Source: Rotaria socialis (taxonomy: Eukaryota). Taken from it: a DNA stretch of 64,000 bases. Numbering within the stretch: position 1 is the first letter of the stretch; every line of letters begins with the position of its first letter. Of the stretch, positions 59,733-64,000 are shown piece after piece. The notes beneath the pieces were generated by a model, which was given only the letters and a program-made list of their open reading frames with translations, made no database searches and was not told the origin of the DNA. A program made the position numbers and the translations under genes. The stretch is from contig CAJNYD010000597.1 in NCBI GenBank assembly GCA_905331295.1, positions 1-64,000 of the forward strand. The letters run 5' to 3'.

Positions 59733-60570
59733 ATGTACAAATATTCTATTTTTATTATTCACATCATTTTTTTTGTTATCGTTTCAACAAAACTCTATCC
59801 TGAAGATATATATTCATTGGAAACATGTAATATTCCAGAAGAATTTTCGTATATAAATCAAAATGAATTTAATAATCGTTATGGTAGCGAAAAATATTTA
59901 GCTAAGCCAGTTGTATTTCGTCAAATACCAATCGATAAACAATTTCTTAATTTGATTCAACTGGATTCTATATTGCGTCGTTATGGAAATAAATATATAA
60001 CTGTAACAACAGCAAATACATATTCATATAAAAAACAATACATTAAACTAAATGACTATATTAGTCTACAAAAAGAATCGCCAGTAAAATCCAAATGGGG
60101 AAAGTAAGAAACTCAATAGAATGATAAATAGAAATTTTCGTTTCTTTTTGCATTTTAGTGAAACCCTTTATTGGTTCGGTGATGATTTATTAAATGATCA
60201 AAAATGGCTTCATCAAATGCTACGATATTATAAACCACCACCGTATGCTGTTGGTGATTTTTTTGAACCATCATTAAATTTTGGCATGGGTGGTACAGGT
60301 ACTGGTGTACCATTTCATTTTCATGGTCCCGGTTTTCAACAAATGATAGTCGGTAGAAAACGTTGGTATTTATCTGTAGAAAAACCTTTTTTTGATCCAA
60401 ATGAAACTACAACTGAATGGGCAATTGAAAAACGATTCAAACAAAAACAGCCATTTCTTTACGAATGTACGTTACATCCAGGCGATATTATTTTTTTTCC
60501 CAATCTATGGTGGCATGCAACGTTAAATCTAGATTTCTCAATTTTTATATCGACATTTTTAAGTCTATAA
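59733..60570 (+). CDS. JMJD8: JmjC domain protein, JMJD8-like (2 exons, intron 60104-60158)
   Basis: Signal peptide, TANTYSYKK, GNETLYWFG, GTGVPFHFHGPGF, GRKRWYL and WWHATLN. Confidence 0.85.
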
Positions 60571-61713
60571 CTATTGCCGAAAACGTAATAACAGATATTT
60601 ATCAATCATTGAAATAGGTTAATCAATAGAAAGCAGATAATGTGTTTTTTTTACACTGTGATTTTGTTCAATTTACAATAGAATAATATATGTTGACAAC
60701 TGTTCGAATGTTTTAAAAATTGTTATAATTATTTGATCATAACCTAAACAAACAGACCAATTTTCTACTTTTAAAAATATTTATTTTTCAGGAATATGCA
60801 GATAGGTTATAATTGGCATCGTCAAATAACCACCTAATAATTCACTCATTATATCGCTATGCATGTATAATAAAATAGGAAACAGCTCTATTTCGAATGC
60901 AGTACTTCTACGTGCAACAATGTAAATCTCTTTCAATGAATTCCAATTTTGCCATACGAAAAACATTCTTATTACGAAATATCTGACTGATTACATACTG
61001 TGACTGTTTTACAAGCGAATTTTTTCTGATTAGTGATAGATTTACCTTTTGTATAAATAATTATTTTTACTAGAGCACACAGCAGGCAATAGTTTTATTT
61101 AACATCATCGGCAATTTCCTTTGAAATTCGTACATTACAAGCATCTGTTTCTCAAAACATAAGCGTCACAAAATGAAATAAATTTTCTTCGTAATATATT
61201 TCTTTTTGCTAGACTTTTATCTTCTGACGTTTTTGTATAATAAGTACTTAAATTGATATTTCATGTCAGCGTCAAATAGTCAAGGGTCAACTTCTTTCTT
61301 CGTTTTTCTCCAAAACAAAACGAAAGATAGTCACTATGACAATAATTAATCTTTATTTCTATTGGTTAGAAAAAGACGAGCATTAAACATATCATCGCGC
61401 CCTTACGATGATTTTTTTTATATTGAATCTTATTTCTATTTGTCGCTTTTGTTTTTGCTTGACGGATAGTTATTAATACCAACAATAACAACAACAAAAA
61501 ACAGCTGTTTATCTCGATGCTATTTGATTATTAACGAAAGTTGATTTCTCGTATTTTTACACGACGCTAAAAGAAAAAATACTCGCTTACTTTTTTTTTC
61601 TTTTCGTCCTTCTAGATTTTTTTTTATCGTTTACTTCTCTCGTTTTTTTTCTTCTCTCTCTCCCTCTCTCTTTCTTACAAATAACAAAAAACAGAAGAAA
61701 AATATTGAAGCGA

Positions 61714-63886
61714 ATGTTCACCTCGTCTGACCCGAACTTAACTGATTTGGATTTCGAGCTTGTTGACGAATTACGACGAAATCAATTTCTAAAAGAATCA
61801 ATGATTAAAGACTTACTATCAACATCATCACCATCATCATCACCCTATCGGATTGTCAAACCGATGTAAAAATTTTAAAATAAGAATTATTCTTTAGAAA
61901 TTTTTTATTTTATCTTTTACTTTAAGAAGCACAAATAAACGTAGCGGAACAGTTCAATTACGCAGGCAATTAGTAAATATTCTAAAAGCTTTTTTCTCTA
62001 TTATTTCCTGCGTTTTTGTTTTATTTTGTATTTTTAAAGACTGATGATAGCTTTAACAAGCAACGTACACCACCTAATTCAACTGGTACAAGTATATCAC
62101 CAATATCAAGTTCATTGATAAGTCGACTATCATCTTCGAATGACAATAGTCCAATACGAACAACGAATACTATACGTGTTTCATCGCCAGTATCGAATAA
62201 TACTATTATTAACAACAACGGACAATCAACATCAGCAAAACAAGTCGATGCAGTTACATTATTACTTAAACAGACTATTGCACCTGCACAACTTATACAG
62301 GTAAGAAGGGTAGTGATATGACAAAAAAGAGAAAAAAAAAGAAAAAAAAAAAGAAACACTTATTGCATATCTATGTGTTTATGAAAGCGCGTAATGTTGG
62401 CCTTAGCTAGAAGAACAAAGTTTGATCTTAGAATATATCTATTTATCTCAATGAAAACCCATTCATATTCTTTCCTTGAATAGACTGTTCAAACTCGTCT
62501 TGAAAATCCGACAAGATATCATCTTGAACAAATGTGTCGTAAACAAAGTATAGTTGATGACGTACCAACTTCAACACATACAATTGCTGTAAGTCCTTGA
62601 ACTAAATTATTTTTCTATTTTATTTAAAGCTAAACTGTTACCTTCTACTTTTGTTTTCATGCACAGTCATCTCAACCACTTCAACAAGAAGAATCATCAC
62701 CAGACAGTGAAATTACATCGGAAGTAAATTAAAAAAAGAAACAAAATGTCAATTACAAAAAAATTCTAATCGAGTTTTCGTTCTAGATGGACGATCAACT
62801 TAATGATGACACAACGTGTGGAAGTATTGATAGTGCCTCGCGTGGAATTAGTATAACGCCACGAGTAAATAAATCATTTTTCAAAAATTTTATTTTTAAA
62901 TGTATTCTTTTAGTTGTCAACAACAATGACCGGTGATCATCCTGATTCAATATTTCTCTCATCGTCGATTTCAAAAGATTCTATGGATAGTATGAGTCGT
63001 CATTCATCATCTTGTCCGACAAATATTTTAAGTGCAAAAGCAAAAATTGGCCTACCACTAACCGACGATGAAATGCGTCTTGTCTTACGTGATCGTCAAA
63101 AAAAAGATAATCATAATATGAGTACGAGAAAAAACAAAACGAATTTTTTTTTATTGTTGATTGTTTTCTTCAGTTGAACGTCGCCGTCGATTTAACATCA
63201 ATGATCGTATTAAAGAACTTGGAACATTATTACCCAAAGGAACAGATTTGTAAGTATAAAAAATAACTTGAATTTAAAACTGAATCAACATAATTTTATT
63301 TTTAAAGAGACCTGAAACAAAACAAAGGAACAATATTACGTGCTTCAGTTGATTATATCAAAATATTACGGCGTCAATACAATAATATCTCGTTAGTAGA
63401 AGAGAAATGTCAAATGCTTTCAGAACAAAATTTATCATTACAAGAACGAGTTCGCGTATGATACTAAATAAAGCCTTGATTTATATCAAACATTATGTGA
63501 ATCTTTTTTAGGAATTAGAAAGACGATGTTTATTAAATGGTGTTTCAGTTAATTCACCAACAAAAAGTTCACCAGTAATAGCTGTTCAAACATCAAATAT
63601 AGTTAAACAAGAACCTTCGTCATTATCATCATCAATAAATAATTCAACAAATCCATTAGTACCACCATCAACACCAATATTCGCAACTATCGATTCATTT
63701 CCAATGCTTGATTCACTAGCGGCATATGGTATTGTTGATGATGATAGTAATGATAAAACAAATGTCAATGGAAATACAAATAATAATAATGTTGATCCAT
63801 TATCCCCACTTTCTCACGATCCATTTTTATCGTCTACATCGTTTAGTTTCGATAATGAAATGGATATCGGAGGAGTTTTCCCCTGA
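61714..63886 (+). CDS. MITF: MiT/TFE-family bHLH-Zip transcription factor (multi-exon)
   Basis: [48 protein letters not shown] and [16 protein letters not shown], followed by a leucine zipper and a [13 protein letters not shown] tail. Confidence 0.92.
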
Positions 63887-64000
63887 AATGTATAGAAACG
63901 CATGCAAATGCTCAATTCAAACTTGCTTATATATTATGTATTTTTTGTCTGTACAGATGTGCAATGGATTGTCTTTTCATGTACATATAGATATATATAT

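Noticed and set aside
1..64000. Bacterial contamination as the source of the microbial-type genes; tRNA/rRNA genes
   Set aside because: GH26 and the amidase have spliceosomal introns and are contiguous with MITF, ApoD and JMJD8 without intervening gaps. No tRNA or rRNA was recognised by eye.

Overview
This is AT-rich eukaryotic genomic DNA with short (~55-65 nt) GT-AG introns. It is most likely from a bdelloid rotifer; that is inferred from intron size, toxin-like ADP-ribosyltransferase (ART) ankyrin/TPR genes, bacterial/fungal-type hydrolases carrying introns, and TGTGGG tracts. The left ~18 kb is a nested transposon island with three 'n' scaffold joins. It holds a Tc1 relic, a MULE with a 9-bp TSD containing three further nested elements, hAT and CMC/EnSpm-type MITEs, Helentron-type elements and a non-autonomous LTR element with PBS/PPT. 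It also carries a frameshifted MLKL-N-terminal-like gene, and a coiled-coil gene runs off the left edge. The right ~45 kb is gene-rich: a membrane-anchored amidase, a type II mucin-stalk protein, an ARSG-like sulfatase, an ART pseudogene, a SIRT2-like sirtuin with an intact frame but substituted catalytic motifs (His->Asn), an ApoD lipocalin, an EF-hand purple acid phosphatase, a GH26 hydrolase spliced to a Thr-rich/GPI-like tail, a dynein-light-chain-like exon, ankyrin-ART, a putatively myristoylated ART-TPR, GUSB, JMJD8 and MITF/TFE. The best candidate for an undescribed system is the group of R-S-ExE ARTs fused to sensor repeats together with the altered sirtuin, a possible NAD+/ADP-ribosylation defence or signalling module. 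Functional linkage among these genes is inference only. All exon structures and family calls were read by eye; no database search was run.
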